From a virus (taxonomy: Duplodnaviria; Caudoviricetes), in IMG/VR virus record IMGVR_UViG_3300009129_001428, positions 14,915-78,914 of that record: 64,000 nt of DNA, one strand, 5' to 3'. Positions within the stretch are counted from its first letter, which is position 1, and each line of letters begins with the position of its first letter. The notes below the pieces were generated by a model. The model did no database searches. It was given only the letters and a program-made list of their open reading frames with translations, and was not told the DNA's origin. Below, piece by piece: positions 17,936 through 28,254 of the stretch. Position numbers and translations under genes: made by a program.

Positions 17936-20513
17936 ATTTAATATCTCCAAGTTTCATGTAGATTTGTTCGTCTATTACTGATATATTATCTAAGAATAAA
18001 ATGTCATCGCCCTTTCTCGCTGTAAAAACGACAATACTATCCTTTTTGGGGAGCTTATTCTTTTCTAAAAAGCGGTCTACCCTATTGTTTTGCTGCCATC
18101 TCCCATTAACCTGGCTTCTCCCATTTAAAAGCAGGCCATCGGTTGTTGCCGTTTCGTCTGAAACCGTAAACCTAATGTAGTCATTGCCATTGCGGCTCCT
18201 GCGTTTAATAACATCCTGCACTACTCCAATAAATTTTCCCCTATCTCTTTCTTCCATCTCTGTAGCATATAATAAATTATTTACATCTGCATCTCTAAAT
18301 ACTTCTGTCAGTTTATATGTATAACTGTAACCTAAAAGCTTTCTCTCAAAATACCAATTAGCGAACTGTTCGTGGCTCTTATTTTGCAAATAAATCTTTT
18401 TATAAGCCCCATACTTCTTCTTGAATGTCCCAAATCTTTTTTCTGGCATTAATATTCTTCCGTCGTCTCCGAGCATCTTTGTCCTCTGTGTTTCTGCTAT
18501 GCAATCAAGTAGTTGGTAGTTTTTCTTTTCTCCCATTTCTACAAAATTACGTTTCTCTCGGTCAGTTAAAATATTAAAAGCCTGCGCTTCTAATACCAGC
18601 AATGACCTGCTCCCGTTCGAACACGAAGACATCGCTCCTGCTTGAATTAAGGCAGACAAGGTTCCTATGTTTAAGCCCGCGCTCTTGGCTGTTAAAAATA
18701 TATCATATTTATTTGACCTCTCAGAATCCCTAAAATCTTTTAAGTTTTGTAATGATTTTTCGCTAATACCTTTTATGCTATTCAGCCCATATCTTATATT
18801 TTTGCCTTCAATAGTAAAATCCATATCGGACTTGATTAAGTCTGGAGGTAAAAGTTTAATGTCAAAATAAGGCAGCTCTTGAGAGATCTTGCATATCTCG
18901 TCATATGGAGAAGGCTCAAACTTGGTCATTTTTAATAATGACTGAAAAAATTGTAATGGATATTTGAACTTTAAATAGGTCGTCCACGCCGCTAAAGTGG
19001 CATATGATATGGAGTGACTTTTATTAAAAGAGTAATTAGCGCTATCCTCTGCTACTTTCCATAGTACCTCTCCAGCCTCATGAGGGAAATTATTTTCTAT
19101 AATCTTTTGTTCGATTTTGCTTTTCCATGTAGACATCTCTTCCACCTTTTTCTTCCCAACAATACGCCTAAGTTGTTCCGCTTCATCGAGGCTGAAGCCA
19201 ACTTTTACCGCCATTTTCATTAATTGCTCTTGATAAAGAGGAATCCCCCCTGTATACGAGAGAATGTCGTCAAAAAATGGATGCACGCTTTGGGACTCTC
19301 CAGTAGAAGCGAATTTTACGAAGCTATCCATAAAGTCTAGTGCTCCTGGCCTTCCGATTGCTACTACTGCGCTCAGCATTTCTAGGTTGTTGGGCTTAAC
19401 TTTCCGACAAACTTTAAAATTTGTATCTGCTTCTATCTGGAAAAGCCCATGCGGGCATCTTAGTCCATCCCTCAAGGGCTTAAAAACCTCCTTCTTCTCA
19501 ACAGAAATAGAGTCTACGTCTAAATCAAGAGTGTTACAGACATCATAGATCACGCTTAAAGTTCTTAAGCCTAATATATCAAATTTAACCATGAGTTCCG
19601 CAACCCAGTTCATGTCGTAGCCGCTAACTAGACCGCCGTCGTTCGTGCTTTGTAGCGGACAAATTTCTTCTAATTTTTGAAATGAAATAGCAATGCCTGA
19701 GGGGTGTACTCCTGTATTCTTATTTAGCCCCTCAAGCTTCTTCGCTACTTTGAAGGTGGCGGGATTATCTGTTACCCAATCCTGAAACTTCTCGCTCTCT
19801 TCGTTTGCTTCGTCGAGGGGCGCAACTTTACCAAATTTTTTAGGAATATAATCGCTCACAATGTTTACGTCTTGTTCCGAGTAGTTCCCCACGATCTTGC
19901 CGCACTCTTTAATGCAAAGTTTGCTGCTTAACGTATTTAGGGTTAAAATATTACAAGTCCTTGCTGGATACCTGCGCTCAATAAAAGAAACTACCTCCTG
20001 CCTGCGCTCATAAGAAATGTCATTGTCGATATCTGCTAGAAGCGACCCGTCAAGATAGGTTACTCCGTCTCCTTCTATTTTTCTTGCCCTGCTTTTGCTT
20101 ACGAATCTTTCGAAATATAAATCATATTTTACTGGATCAATATTAGTGACTTCAATTAAATATAATACCAAAGATCCTGCGGCCGAGCCTCTCCCTGGCC
20201 CCGTAGGGATGTCGTTTTCCCCGCAAAAATTATGTACATCCCAGTTTAATAGTATGTAGTCTACAAAACCGAGGTCATCTAGGATGTCTAGCTCTTGCTT
20301 TGCTCTCTCGTAATAAGACTCTTTGTTTTTAAAATTATTAATACCCCGCTTCTTTATTCCTTCCCAGCAAAGCCTTTTCAAGAAATCAAAGTTAGAAATC
20401 GTAGATTCCACGCCGAGCCTTTCGTAAAACCTGTCTTCTATTTTGATCTCTGGAAGCCTAACGCCAGGAGGGCAAGCGCCTTCATAATGAGTAAAGCCTT
20501 CAAAGAAACTCAT
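17934..20513 (-). CDS. dnaE: DNA polymerase III alpha subunit, catalytic part lacking the PHP domain
   Basis: [63 protein letters not shown]; starts after the usual PHP region. Confidence 0.9.
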   Translation of the reverse strand: MSFFEGFTHYEGACPPGVRLPEIKIEDRFYERLGVESTISNFDFLKRLCWEGIKKRGINNFKNKESYYERAKQELDILDDLGFVDYILLNWDVHNFCGENDIPTGPGRGSAAGSLVLYLIEVTNIDPVKYDLYFERFVSKSRARKIEGDGVTYLDGSLLADIDNDISYERRQEVVSFIERRYPARTCNILTLNTLSSKLCIKECGKIVGNYSEQDVNIVSDYIPKKFGKVAPLDEANEESEKFQDWVTDNPATFKVAKKLEGLNKNTGVHPSGIAISFQKLEEICPLQSTNDGGLVSGYDMNWVAELMVKFDILGLRTLSVIYDVCNTLDLDVDSISVEKKEVFKPLRDGLRCPHGLFQIEADTNFKVCRKVKPNNLEMLSAVVAIGRPGALDFMDSFVKFASTGESQSVHPFFDDILSYTGGIPLYQEQLMKMAVKVGFSLDEAEQLRRIVGKKKVEEMSTWKSKIEQKIIENNFPHEAGEVLWKVAEDSANYSFNKSHSISYATLAAWTTYLKFKYPLQFFQSLLKMTKFEPSPYDEICKISQELPYFDIKLLPPDLIKSDMDFTIEGKNIRYGLNSIKGISEKSLQNLKDFRDSERSNKYDIFLTAKSAGLNIGTLSALIQAGAMSSCSNGSRSLLVLEAQAFNILTDREKRNFVEMGEKKNYQLLDCIAETQRTKMLGDDGRILMPEKRFGTFKKKYGAYKKIYLQNKSHEQFANWYFERKLLGYSYTYKLTEVFRDADVNNLLYATEMEERDRGKFIGVVQDVIKRRSRNGNDYIRFTVSDETATTDGLLLNGRSQVNGRWQQNNRVDRFLEKNKLPKKDSIVVFTARKGDDILFLDNISVIDEQIYMKLGDIK

Positions 20514-21148
20514 ATCTCTACCTCCCATATCTGCCTACGAAATATTTGATAGTTCATTTTTACATCGTAAATCGCATCGTGCAATTTCCTTTGGTCAAAT
20601 TTAAGATCGTAAGATTTACATAAAGCGGTAATGCTGGCCTTCATTCCTCTTTGTCTAAATGAAGTTAGCTTGTACTGCCAAGACAAAAGCTTATCCTTGG
20701 GCGGTTTAATGTCTTTGTGAATAGCCTTCGCTATGCATAAGGTATCAATCAGATTGTTTAGGTATGAATAATCTGGCTTCTTGCCTAAGGCTCTACGAAA
20801 AATAGAATGAATATAGACATCAAAGCCTAGCAGATTGTGCCCGAGCTTAATATAGGCTGGGTCATAAAGGTATCTTTCCATGAATTCCAGTACTTTTTCT
20901 GGCTCAACCGCCTCCTTGTCGTATTTTTTTCTATTAAATCCTGTAATTTTCGCCGCATCTGCCGAGACCTCTAGGTTGTCCCACTTAATTAAAAAATCAT
21001 ATTCTTTTTTTACTTTGTCTCCTTCGCATAAAATAAACCCCAATTGCCAAGGCTTGTTGTTCTTTCTACATAGATTGAGGCTGCAGGTCTCAAAATCAAA
21101 TACCATATATTTTTGTTTATTATTAAATCTAAGCAATTGTTCTTTCAT
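20510..21148 (-). CDS. DEDDh 3'-5' exonuclease (Pol III epsilon-like)
   Basis: VFDFET, GHNLLGFD, IDTL, HDAIYDV. Confidence 0.85.
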   Translation of the reverse strand: MKEQLLRFNNKQKYMVFDFETCSLNLCRKNNKPWQLGFILCEGDKVKKEYDFLIKWDNLEVSADAAKITGFNRKKYDKEAVEPEKVLEFMERYLYDPAYIKLGHNLLGFDVYIHSIFRRALGKKPDYSYLNNLIDTLCIAKAIHKDIKPPKDKLLSWQYKLTSFRQRGMKASITALCKSYDLKFDQRKLHDAIYDVKMNYQIFRRQIWEVEI

Positions 21149-21155
21149 CTTTGGT

Positions 21156-21184
21156 ATTTTACTATATTCTCTCTTGGCAGTCAA
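21156..21184 (-). promoter_or_regulatory. sigma70-like promoter (leaderless)
   Basis: TTGACT (21179-21184) - 17 nt - TAAAAT (21156-21161) - 7 nt - ATG 21148. Confidence 0.6.
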
Positions 21185-21207
21185 TAAAATTGTGTAAATA
21201 TCTATAT

Positions 21208-21648
21208 ATGAACGAAATTAGTATCATTACCGCCGTAGCAATCTGTATTTGTGGGGCTTTCGTTACTGGCTCTGTGGCATTCGTTATTAAATCCTTAATG
21301 AATGATATTAAACAGGCAGAAGTCACAGCTGAAAAGGGAATGGAGTTTGTCAGGTCTGAAATATTTGGATTAAGAAAGTCTCTAGACGCTTTTAAGTCCG
21401 AAGAGAGGCATAAGGATGATGAGCTAAAGGTGGCAATAGATCAAACCAAAAAAGAATTAAGAGAGGAATCTCGAGCAGATAGATTATATGTCGATAGCAC
21501 AAAAAAAGAACTAAAAGAAGAAATGCATTATTATTGGAGCAAGGCAGAAAATGTTTTAGAGGCTCGGAGGCAAGACGTATATATGATACATAAAAAAATC
21601 GACACCATAAAAGACGAAACCCTAAAAAAGCTGGACGACCTTAAGTAA
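21208..21648 (+). CDS. membrane-anchored coiled-coil protein
   Basis: Start MNEISII, 11 nt after TGTGTA; N-terminal TM helix then coiled coil; one of two convincing plus-strand genes. Confidence 0.65.
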   Translation: MNEISIITAVAICICGAFVTGSVAFVIKSLMNDIKQAEVTAEKGMEFVRSEIFGLRKSLDAFKSEERHKDDELKVAIDQTKKELREESRADRLYVDSTKKELKEEMHYYWSKAENVLEARRQDVYMIHKKIDTIKDETLKKLDDLK

Positions 21649-22372
21649 CCACCTCTTTTCTCCAGCTTTCAAAAGAAAATTGATCGCTGCCTTGATGGTC
21701 GAAATTAGGGCAATCTAAAGTTCTGGACTTAAACCCGCGATTGCAGATGCATTTGTAGGACTGGTATGCCGAAAAGTCCTTTTCTGTCGGGTAGTAAATG
21801 CTTTTTGCTTGTTGAGTGGTATATTTATTTTTAGAGCAATAAGATTCAATCTCCTCTTTTACTAATCGGTCAAATGGCAAGTTATTGTCCTCAATCAAAA
21901 ACACAGGAGATGTAAATGAGAAATCGGGAGTACAAGTAGAAAAGTGCATCGTGTTATTAAAAATAAAAGAATCATAAAAGGGGATTGCTAGCTTCAAGTC
22001 ATCGTCCGACCAAACCTCTCTAAGAAAATTCTCATCCAAAACGCCGCCCGTTTCTACAAATGCATTAGAGTATATTAGGTTTAGCTTTTGACAGCCCATC
22101 GAGTTTTTTGCAAAGACAATAATCTTATGCTTGCAATCTTCTGATTGGGTTGGATTGTTGGAAATCTCCACCCTTAAACCAAACCTAAGTTTTCTCCCCT
22201 CTTCATCAAAAGCTTTCCTGGCTTCTAAAAAACCAATTAAAGAATCTTCAACTAAAACAACCTCTTCTAGCTCGGCGTCTCGAGCTAGGGAAAGAATACT
22301 CCGATCCGTGTCTTGTTCAAGCGTAAGAATACTGCGACCGATTGAATAATGGGATTTAAATAAAGGAATCAT
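21641..22372 (-). CDS. stand-alone PHP domain of DnaE
   Basis: LFKSHYSIGRSIL (H-x-x-YS motif), KLRFGLRV, FAKNSMGCQKL...YSNA. Confidence 0.8.
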   Translation of the reverse strand: MIPLFKSHYSIGRSILTLEQDTDRSILSLARDAELEEVVLVEDSLIGFLEARKAFDEEGRKLRFGLRVEISNNPTQSEDCKHKIIVFAKNSMGCQKLNLIYSNAFVETGGVLDENFLREVWSDDDLKLAIPFYDSFIFNNTMHFSTCTPDFSFTSPVFLIEDNNLPFDRLVKEEIESYCSKNKYTTQQAKSIYYPTEKDFSAYQSYKCICNRGFKSRTLDCPNFDHQGSDQFSFESWRKEVVT

Positions 22373-22378
22373 TTTTAT

Positions 22379-22407
22379 AGAATACCAAACTTTTGCTTGT
22401 TAGTCAA
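22379..22407 (-). promoter_or_regulatory. sigma70-like promoter (leaderless)
   Basis: TTGACT (22402-22407) - 17 nt - TATTCT (22379-22384) - 6 nt - ATG 22372. Confidence 0.6.
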
Positions 22408-22780
22408 TAAGTTTTTTTATGTCGGAAAGTAGGTTGGCGTCTATGGGTTTGAGCTTTATTAATTCAGGCTTGGTAAAATAGGCATATCCTACGTGCTCTA
22501 TGTCTAGCACTGGATAGTACATAAGGGGTGATTTGTAGTAATATAGTCCAAAATTATTAATATTAGAGATAAGTTTTAATTGTTGAGTGCTTAAATCTAT
22601 ACGGGTCTCTTCGTATAATTCCCGAAGCGCAGCTAGCTGGGGGGATTCTCCTTTTTCTATATGGCCTGCGGGAACTGACCAAAAATTAGGATAAACTGCA
22701 GCGTTTGGCGCTCTTTTACATAATAAAAACGCTCCGCTGCATTCAATGAGTACCCCGACTGATTTAAAGGTCAAACTCAT
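22400..22780 (-). CDS. NUDIX hydrolase
   Basis: Nudix box PAGHIEKGESPQLAALRELYEETRI. Confidence 0.9.
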   Translation of the reverse strand: MSLTFKSVGVLIECSGAFLLCKRAPNAAVYPNFWSVPAGHIEKGESPQLAALRELYEETRIDLSTQQLKLISNINNFGLYYYKSPLMYYPVLDIEHVGYAYFTKPELIKLKPIDANLLSDIKKLID

Positions 22781-23840
22781 CCTTTTTATTCCAATGAGGG
22801 CACCCCCCATAGTCTCTTACCTCTATCGTATCTCCATCCTCTTTCATGCTCTCTAGGGATTTGGAGTTGTCTAAAAAAGCGCCTTTTTTAACCTCCCCGT
22901 CCTGATTTAGTAAAACATAATAAGACATTGGCCTTCTAAATGGGCAGATAAAAGCTGGCACCTTGTCTCCATTCTCGTCCAGAAGGGGCTCTCCTCTATA
23001 TTTTTTAAATCCCTCTCTTCCGCAAGAGAGCGGCCCTCCAAAAGACCCATCTGAGGGGTAGGGTTTTGTCGCTGCAAAATTAGACCTAGCTTTTTCTTCT
23101 GAAAAGTCATTTAAATATTTAGAAAGCTCTGTGAGGTGATACTCAAACCCTTCCAGCTCTTCATCTGAAATCGTCTCCATCCTCAGAAAACCTTTTTGAG
23201 GCTTTCCTAGGAGGTCCTCTCCAAGTGGAAATCTTAAAAACAAAAACTCAGAATTGCGAGTCTTGCAGTGTGGATACATCTTTTTCACGGCTAAAGAATA
23301 CATCAAGTCTTGTAGGTTGTCTGTCGCATCCTTACCTTTAAAAACCTGCTTACTGGTTTTAAAATCTCTAATAGTCGCACTATCCTTATAAAGAAATAAC
23401 TTATCTATAAAACCTTTAATTCTATATCTCTTATCTCCCTCATCAACAACAAGATCAAAATCCTGCTCCGAGATTGCTTCTTTAGGTTTCTCTTTTCTGT
23501 CTCCAAAAAAATCAAACTCGAGACCCTTAAGCATCATTTCATCCATGTCCACTAGAGCTCCCTCGTAATTCACCCCAAGTTTATCTGCATGGATTTCTAC
23601 TAGACGTTTAAGGCTGTCAGACGTGTAAACAGAGCCGCTTTTTAAAGCTTTTTTAAGATGCTTCTTGTGTCGGTCGTCCCCAAGTAGTTCAAAAACCAAA
23701 TGACAAATCCAGCCTTTAGACGCCCCTTCATTGGTCGACTCTGGGAGTTTTAATACATATTTACAAAAATATGTCCAACTACAATTCTGTGCCGTCTTAA
23801 TTCTGCTAGCAGAAAGCGGAGTTAGTTTATCATCAATCAT
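22764..23840 (-). CDS. PD-(D/E)XK exonuclease, AddB/Cas4-like (possible Fe-S staple)
   Basis: LSASRI...C, G...H..LE, GFIDKL, IRDFKT, QDLMY; one N-terminal Cys and three C-terminal Cys (SCG, ICP, GCP). Confidence 0.75.
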   Translation of the reverse strand: MIDDKLTPLSASRIKTAQNCSWTYFCKYVLKLPESTNEGASKGWICHLVFELLGDDRHKKHLKKALKSGSVYTSDSLKRLVEIHADKLGVNYEGALVDMDEMMLKGLEFDFFGDRKEKPKEAISEQDFDLVVDEGDKRYRIKGFIDKLFLYKDSATIRDFKTSKQVFKGKDATDNLQDLMYSLAVKKMYPHCKTRNSEFLFLRFPLGEDLLGKPQKGFLRMETISDEELEGFEYHLTELSKYLNDFSEEKARSNFAATKPYPSDGSFGGPLSCGREGFKKYRGEPLLDENGDKVPAFICPFRRPMSYYVLLNQDGEVKKGAFLDNSKSLESMKEDGDTIEVRDYGGCPHWNKKDEFDL

Positions 23841-24879
23841 TGATATAATTAAGGTTTTTCATAATATTTTTAGATAGCTTCCCTTTTTTAAATAAAAGTT
23901 TCGCCTGAGAAATAATGTGAAATTTTTGAGCAAGCTGATCTAGGTCATTAAGCTTCCTCTTCCAGATAGCAAAGTCATCAGCGTCCATATCTCCAAAATC
24001 GTTTTTAGTAGGCAAGCAAATCTTTAAGACATGCTGGTCGAAGTGCCCTAATAATTTAAGATAATTTTTTACTGAAGCATTTAAGCCGCGATTATCTTCC
24101 TTATTGCTATCATTATTAAACGACAAAACAATTTCATTTAACTCAATCGCAGAAAGAAAACAAATTAAAGCAGGGGAGACGTCCAGGCCAAACGTAACTA
24201 ATACATTTCTTATGCCATCTTCATGTAGCGCAAGCAAATCTCCTACGCTTTCTACTAAAATAACGGACTGGGCCTCTCTAATTAAATCAGCGATACTCTC
24301 TCCATCGCCGTCCTGAAGGTAGGCGGGGTAAATCCAGTTAGACTTCCTACCGATATGTTTCCATTTTGGCCTATTATCGGAACTTATCATATCTCGGCCC
24401 GCAAACCCATGTATTTGCTGGTGAATGTTAAATATAGGAAAAACAAACCGCTTATTCATTTGGCCATAGGTCGCAAAGCCTCCCTTGAAAAATTTCAAAA
24501 TAGAATTGGATATGCCTCTATCATTATAAAATTTATAGTGAGGCAGCAGTCTGTCTAGAATTTCTTGATCAAATATTTCTTCCATCTCTAATTTTTTGCT
24601 AGGTTGTCTTCTGTTTTCTAGAGAATCAAAATCCCCTTCTTTTAAATATTTTTTAAGAACTGATTTGTTGTTCGTCCCTAAGGTTTTGGTCACCAAAGCC
24701 TCGAACTTCATAAATTTCGTATCTTGTACATGATCTTTCCATACTCCAGTATCTTTATATATTTGGAGCGCGGTTTTATTGTCTCCATCTCTGAACATGG
24801 CATTAGTCTGCCAGTATTGACCTCTGTCGCTAAGTTTATAGCCTAATGACTCTAATACCTCTTTTACGTCAACGCTCAT
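23833..24879 (-). CDS. dnaG: DNA primase (TOPRIM)
   Basis: RFVFPIFN, GFAGR, PKWKH, VILVESVGDLLAL, FNND, DFGDM. Confidence 0.8.
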   Translation of the reverse strand: MSVDVKEVLESLGYKLSDRGQYWQTNAMFRDGDNKTALQIYKDTGVWKDHVQDTKFMKFEALVTKTLGTNNKSVLKKYLKEGDFDSLENRRQPSKKLEMEEIFDQEILDRLLPHYKFYNDRGISNSILKFFKGGFATYGQMNKRFVFPIFNIHQQIHGFAGRDMISSDNRPKWKHIGRKSNWIYPAYLQDGDGESIADLIREAQSVILVESVGDLLALHEDGIRNVLVTFGLDVSPALICFLSAIELNEIVLSFNNDSNKEDNRGLNASVKNYLKLLGHFDQHVLKICLPTKNDFGDMDADDFAIWKRKLNDLDQLAQKFHIISQAKLLFKKGKLSKNIMKNLNYIND

Positions 24880-26390
24880 AGCTCATCGGGGAAATTATCC
24901 AAATCTGTCTGAGCGGGGCGCACATTGCCTAGGTTTATGCTGTCTACTAGGTCTTGAAGATCGCCGCATTCTTCTATACCAAAATTTTCCATATTTAAAT
25001 TAATAAAATTGTTCCGCTTAGACCCGTCTGGCATTTCAACAGGGGTAATTGCTCGATGGAAATCAGAACCTAAATGCCTAGACTTTAAACATGACAGCTG
25101 GTGCGTCCCGAAGCCCTCTGGCTCTTCTTGAATCTGATCTAGTGTTTTTCTGCGCAAATGAAACATATGAGAACAATATTGAATGATTCTATCTGACAGG
25201 GATACCACGCTCTCATCGTCAACTGTATTCTCAGCCCTGCGATTAGTGGTAATCCCATAGCGATTGCTCTGGACACTAGTAATCATAGAGATCACGGGGC
25301 CATCATCACCCAATATTTCTTTTTGAATTAAGTTTTTAAACTGGGTAATCATATCTCCTACAACTTGCCATTCACTTTGGTTTTTGCTCTGAGTTTGATC
25401 CGTTGTTTTAATGTAGTCAAAGCTAAAAATCATAGGATTCCCTCTTCCTACTGAAGAGTAATAAAAACGGCGAATAACATTCGTCATTTCATCCACCGTT
25501 AAGCCAGCAACATTATAATAATAAAATTTAAAATCCTTAATCTGCTTCCATACCTGCCTTATTTTAGCTACGAAACTTGCGTTCTTTCTCCAAAGGCCCG
25601 TTTCTAAATAATGAATTGGAACTTTCGCTAAAGTGGCGCACTGTCTCATAGTGAGCTCTTCTTGTGACATTTCGCCGTTATCAAAGTGGAGCACTGGGAC
25701 ATTATCGTATTTTTTGGAAACCTTACTGGCGAAATCCAAACAAAAAGTCGTTTTCCCTACTCCAGATCTTGCAACTACTACAGAAATATTTCCTGGCCGC
25801 AATAACGAGCCATACTGTTCATTCAGTCTCTCGTGGGGTCCCATAAAACCAAATTCAGTTTTAGGGTTGTCTCCACGATCCTCAATAATCCCCTCCATTG
25901 ATTGATAGAGGTTCTGAGGGCAATCATTTGCGTGGTAAAGGTCTACCTGCCTATTATAAATAGTGTCTGCGTGCTGAATGATTTCCTCAAAAGAATGATT
26001 AGCCCCTAAGGTCTTCATTTTTTGCGCGACCTTCACTGCTGCATCATAAATAGAACGCCTAACGCTTACCTTTTTCAGTTCTTTAGCGGCGTTTATGGTG
26101 CCTTCTGGTGAAATTTTCCTTAAACCTAAGGAGGCTATGTATTGGCCAACGTCTATATTGTCTTCGAAGGAAATATTAAAGTCTTTTACTTTTTGAGCTA
26201 TTACTACCTCATCTATACTCTCTCCCTTGTCGATGCAATTTTTTAATATCTTGAAGATAGTTGCGTGTACTTGGGTGCTTTGAGTTGAAAAATCTTCCGC
26301 GTTTACAAACGGTGCGATCTGCCCATATGTAGATGGGTGTTTTATAAGGCCAGCAAGTAAATGCCGCTCAAGCTCTTTAGATTCGATCAT
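24876..26390 (-). CDS. dnaB: replicative DNA helicase (DnaB-like)
   Basis: ERHLLAGLI N-domain, VARSGVGKT, GEMSQEEL, FSFDYIK, SVQSNR. Confidence 0.85.
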   Translation of the reverse strand: MIESKELERHLLAGLIKHPSTYGQIAPFVNAEDFSTQSTQVHATIFKILKNCIDKGESIDEVVIAQKVKDFNISFEDNIDVGQYIASLGLRKISPEGTINAAKELKKVSVRRSIYDAAVKVAQKMKTLGANHSFEEIIQHADTIYNRQVDLYHANDCPQNLYQSMEGIIEDRGDNPKTEFGFMGPHERLNEQYGSLLRPGNISVVVARSGVGKTTFCLDFASKVSKKYDNVPVLHFDNGEMSQEELTMRQCATLAKVPIHYLETGLWRKNASFVAKIRQVWKQIKDFKFYYYNVAGLTVDEMTNVIRRFYYSSVGRGNPMIFSFDYIKTTDQTQSKNQSEWQVVGDMITQFKNLIQKEILGDDGPVISMITSVQSNRYGITTNRRAENTVDDESVVSLSDRIIQYCSHMFHLRRKTLDQIQEEPEGFGTHQLSCLKSRHLGSDFHRAITPVEMPDGSKRNNFINLNMENFGIEECGDLQDLVDSINLGNVRPAQTDLDNFPDEL

Positions 26391-26395
26391 GCCTA

Positions 26396-26424
26396 ATGAT
26401 ACTACATCAACAGCATCCTGTCAA
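26396..26424 (-). promoter_or_regulatory. sigma70-like promoter (leaderless) of dnaB
   Basis: TTGACA (26419-26424) - 17 nt - TATCAT (26396-26401) - 5 nt - ATG 26390. Confidence 0.7.
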
Positions 26425-26433
26425 GGAGAATAC

Positions 26434-26733
26434 TTATCCCTGCAAGCCTTCGTCTTCGTCGTCCCTGTCAATAATGTCGTCTTGCTCTATAAAGCCTAAA
26501 CCCCCAAGGCCTTGCGCCTCGGCCTCTTCGAGGTAACACTCCGTAGCTTTCCTGAGCCCCATCTCGATAATCTTGCCGCTAGCCTTCATAAATATCACAG
26601 GGTTACCTTCTTGCGTTAAATATGCTACTAGCACCCCTTTTCCTACATCGTGGTTACCCGAAAGATCAAAGATTTTCTCCAACAAATTCGTTGGCATTTT
26701 AAATTCGGGTAAGTTTTCTGGATCGAACTTCAT
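26434..26733 (-). CDS. hypothetical protein, acidic C-terminus
   Basis: 99-aa ORF; AGTGTA 10 nt upstream. Confidence 0.65.
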   Translation of the reverse strand: MKFDPENLPEFKMPTNLLEKIFDLSGNHDVGKGVLVAYLTQEGNPVIFMKASGKIIEMGLRKATECYLEEAEAQGLGGLGFIEQDDIIDRDDEDEGLQG

Positions 26734-26751
26734 ATATTTATATTACACTGT

Positions 26752-27162
26752 TTATAGTAAAACTCCTATTTTTTTGAAATAATCTTTAGTCAACTCGTCA
26801 ATAGAATATATCTCTATCAAGCGAATGTCATTCAAGTCGCAAAAGGACTGTTTATCTTGGTCTCTGCGCAGTTGGTTTATGTAGTTATATTTATTGTTCC
26901 CGTGAAAAAAGGGAGTATATTCTGTGTGCTGCCTGCCTTGGACCTCTATTGCGATTTTCTTGTTTGCATTATAGAAATCTAAAGACATTTTTGTGCCTGC
27001 GACTGGGAACTCTTCAAAAACTACGTGTTTTTGCCAAAAGTCTTTTAAAAAATCTTTCGTAGCTTTTTGTATCTTGCTTCTGCTCTTTGCCTCCCAGTTG
27101 ATGAGGTATTTCTTCGCCCTTGGGACACTGCGGGTTGCCCCCATCAGGGTTATGAACTTCAT
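26752..27162 (-). CDS. Vsr/DUF559-like endonuclease
   Basis: LDFYNANKKIAIEVQGRQH...RDQDK...LIEI. Confidence 0.75.
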   Translation of the reverse strand: MKFITLMGATRSVPRAKKYLINWEAKSRSKIQKATKDFLKDFWQKHVVFEEFPVAGTKMSLDFYNANKKIAIEVQGRQHTEYTPFFHGNNKYNYINQLRRDQDKQSFCDLNDIRLIEIYSIDELTKDYFKKIGVLL

Positions 27163-28253
27163 TTGATTGTTTTAACCTCTTCTTTAATTAACTCGAGAAG
27201 AAACTGACAAAAATCTGTATTATTTTCTAAAAAATCTATGAGCTTCTGCTCTCCTTGAATCTTCTCAAAGAACTCGACCTTGGCTTTTTTGCATCTCTGC
27301 ACAATTTCTTTATCTAGGGAAATCCATGCGCCCTTTTTTTCCAGAAAGCCCCATATGTAGCACATGTCTATTACTTCCTTTTCTAGCCAGACTGATTTAC
27401 CGTTTGTCCTCCCGTACCGAATCGGGTATCTTACCGACGCTCCTGTCTTCTCGTTTACGCTTTTCCTAAAAACAATCTTACAGATATGCCCAATTGGGCT
27501 CCCCTTGTCTTCTAGCTTTGCCGCAGTTGGGTTCTCAAATAAAATGTCACTATTATAACGATCTTGAAACTCAAGAATAAAATTCGCATAGTGTTTAATC
27601 GCATTGCCCCCTGCTTGTTTGGTCTTTGGCCCTCCTCTAGCCGCATATGGATTCGTTGCTACTTCTACTCTCACTTGAGAGGTTAGGATCATCATGTGGT
27701 TTAATTTAATAATAGGCAAGACCATCTTCTTTAAAAAGACAGATGTTATTAAGGCTCCTCCTGCGACTTGTTCGCTGTCTTCAAAAGGCTTTTCGTAGTC
27801 ATTTTGTCTACATAGTGCATCAACGCTGTCTACGATAAACATATACTTCTTGTCGTCCTCATTTTCTTTAACCAACATTCTAATAAGTTCAAAAACTTTT
27901 TCAAAAACATTACAATCAAACTTGAAGAATCTTTCTTCGCTCGAGTCCACTCCCGAGCGAGCTACCATTTCATTACTGAGCCGACCCTCGCTCTTGATGT
28001 ATACAACCATAGCTTTCTCGCCAAAGTGATCCTGAAAGTTCTTCGCTACGGCAAGAGCGCAAGACGTCTTTCCTCCTTCGTTTACTCCTGTAAAACGATG
28101 TACTCCCGCTGGAAATCCCCCTCCTAGGGACAAATCTAAATTAAGGCTGCCCGTTGGGATTTTATAGTCTAGCTCCTTATAGTCATTATAATGGAAGTTC
28201 TTGTTATTCTTGTCGCTAAGAAACGCTTTTATTTGCTCTAATGTTCCACTCAT
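27159..28253 (-). CDS. recA: RecA-like recombinase
   Basis: IPTGSLNLDLSLGGG, GVNEGGKT, FIVDSVDAL, TSQVR, GGNAIKHYA; start at MSGTLEQ. Confidence 0.85.
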   Translation of the reverse strand: MSGTLEQIKAFLSDKNNKNFHYNDYKELDYKIPTGSLNLDLSLGGGFPAGVHRFTGVNEGGKTSCALAVAKNFQDHFGEKAMVVYIKSEGRLSNEMVARSGVDSSEERFFKFDCNVFEKVFELIRMLVKENEDDKKYMFIVDSVDALCRQNDYEKPFEDSEQVAGGALITSVFLKKMVLPIIKLNHMMILTSQVRVEVATNPYAARGGPKTKQAGGNAIKHYANFILEFQDRYNSDILFENPTAAKLEDKGSPIGHICKIVFRKSVNEKTGASVRYPIRYGRTNGKSVWLEKEVIDMCYIWGFLEKKGAWISLDKEIVQRCKKAKVEFFEKIQGEQKLIDFLENNTDFCQFLLELIKEEVKTIK

Positions 28254-28254
28254 T

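Noticed and set aside
22764-23840. Cas4-like nuclease as evidence of a CRISPR system
   Set aside because: I saw no repeat-spacer array or other cas genes; it sits in the replication block like a typical phage exonuclease.
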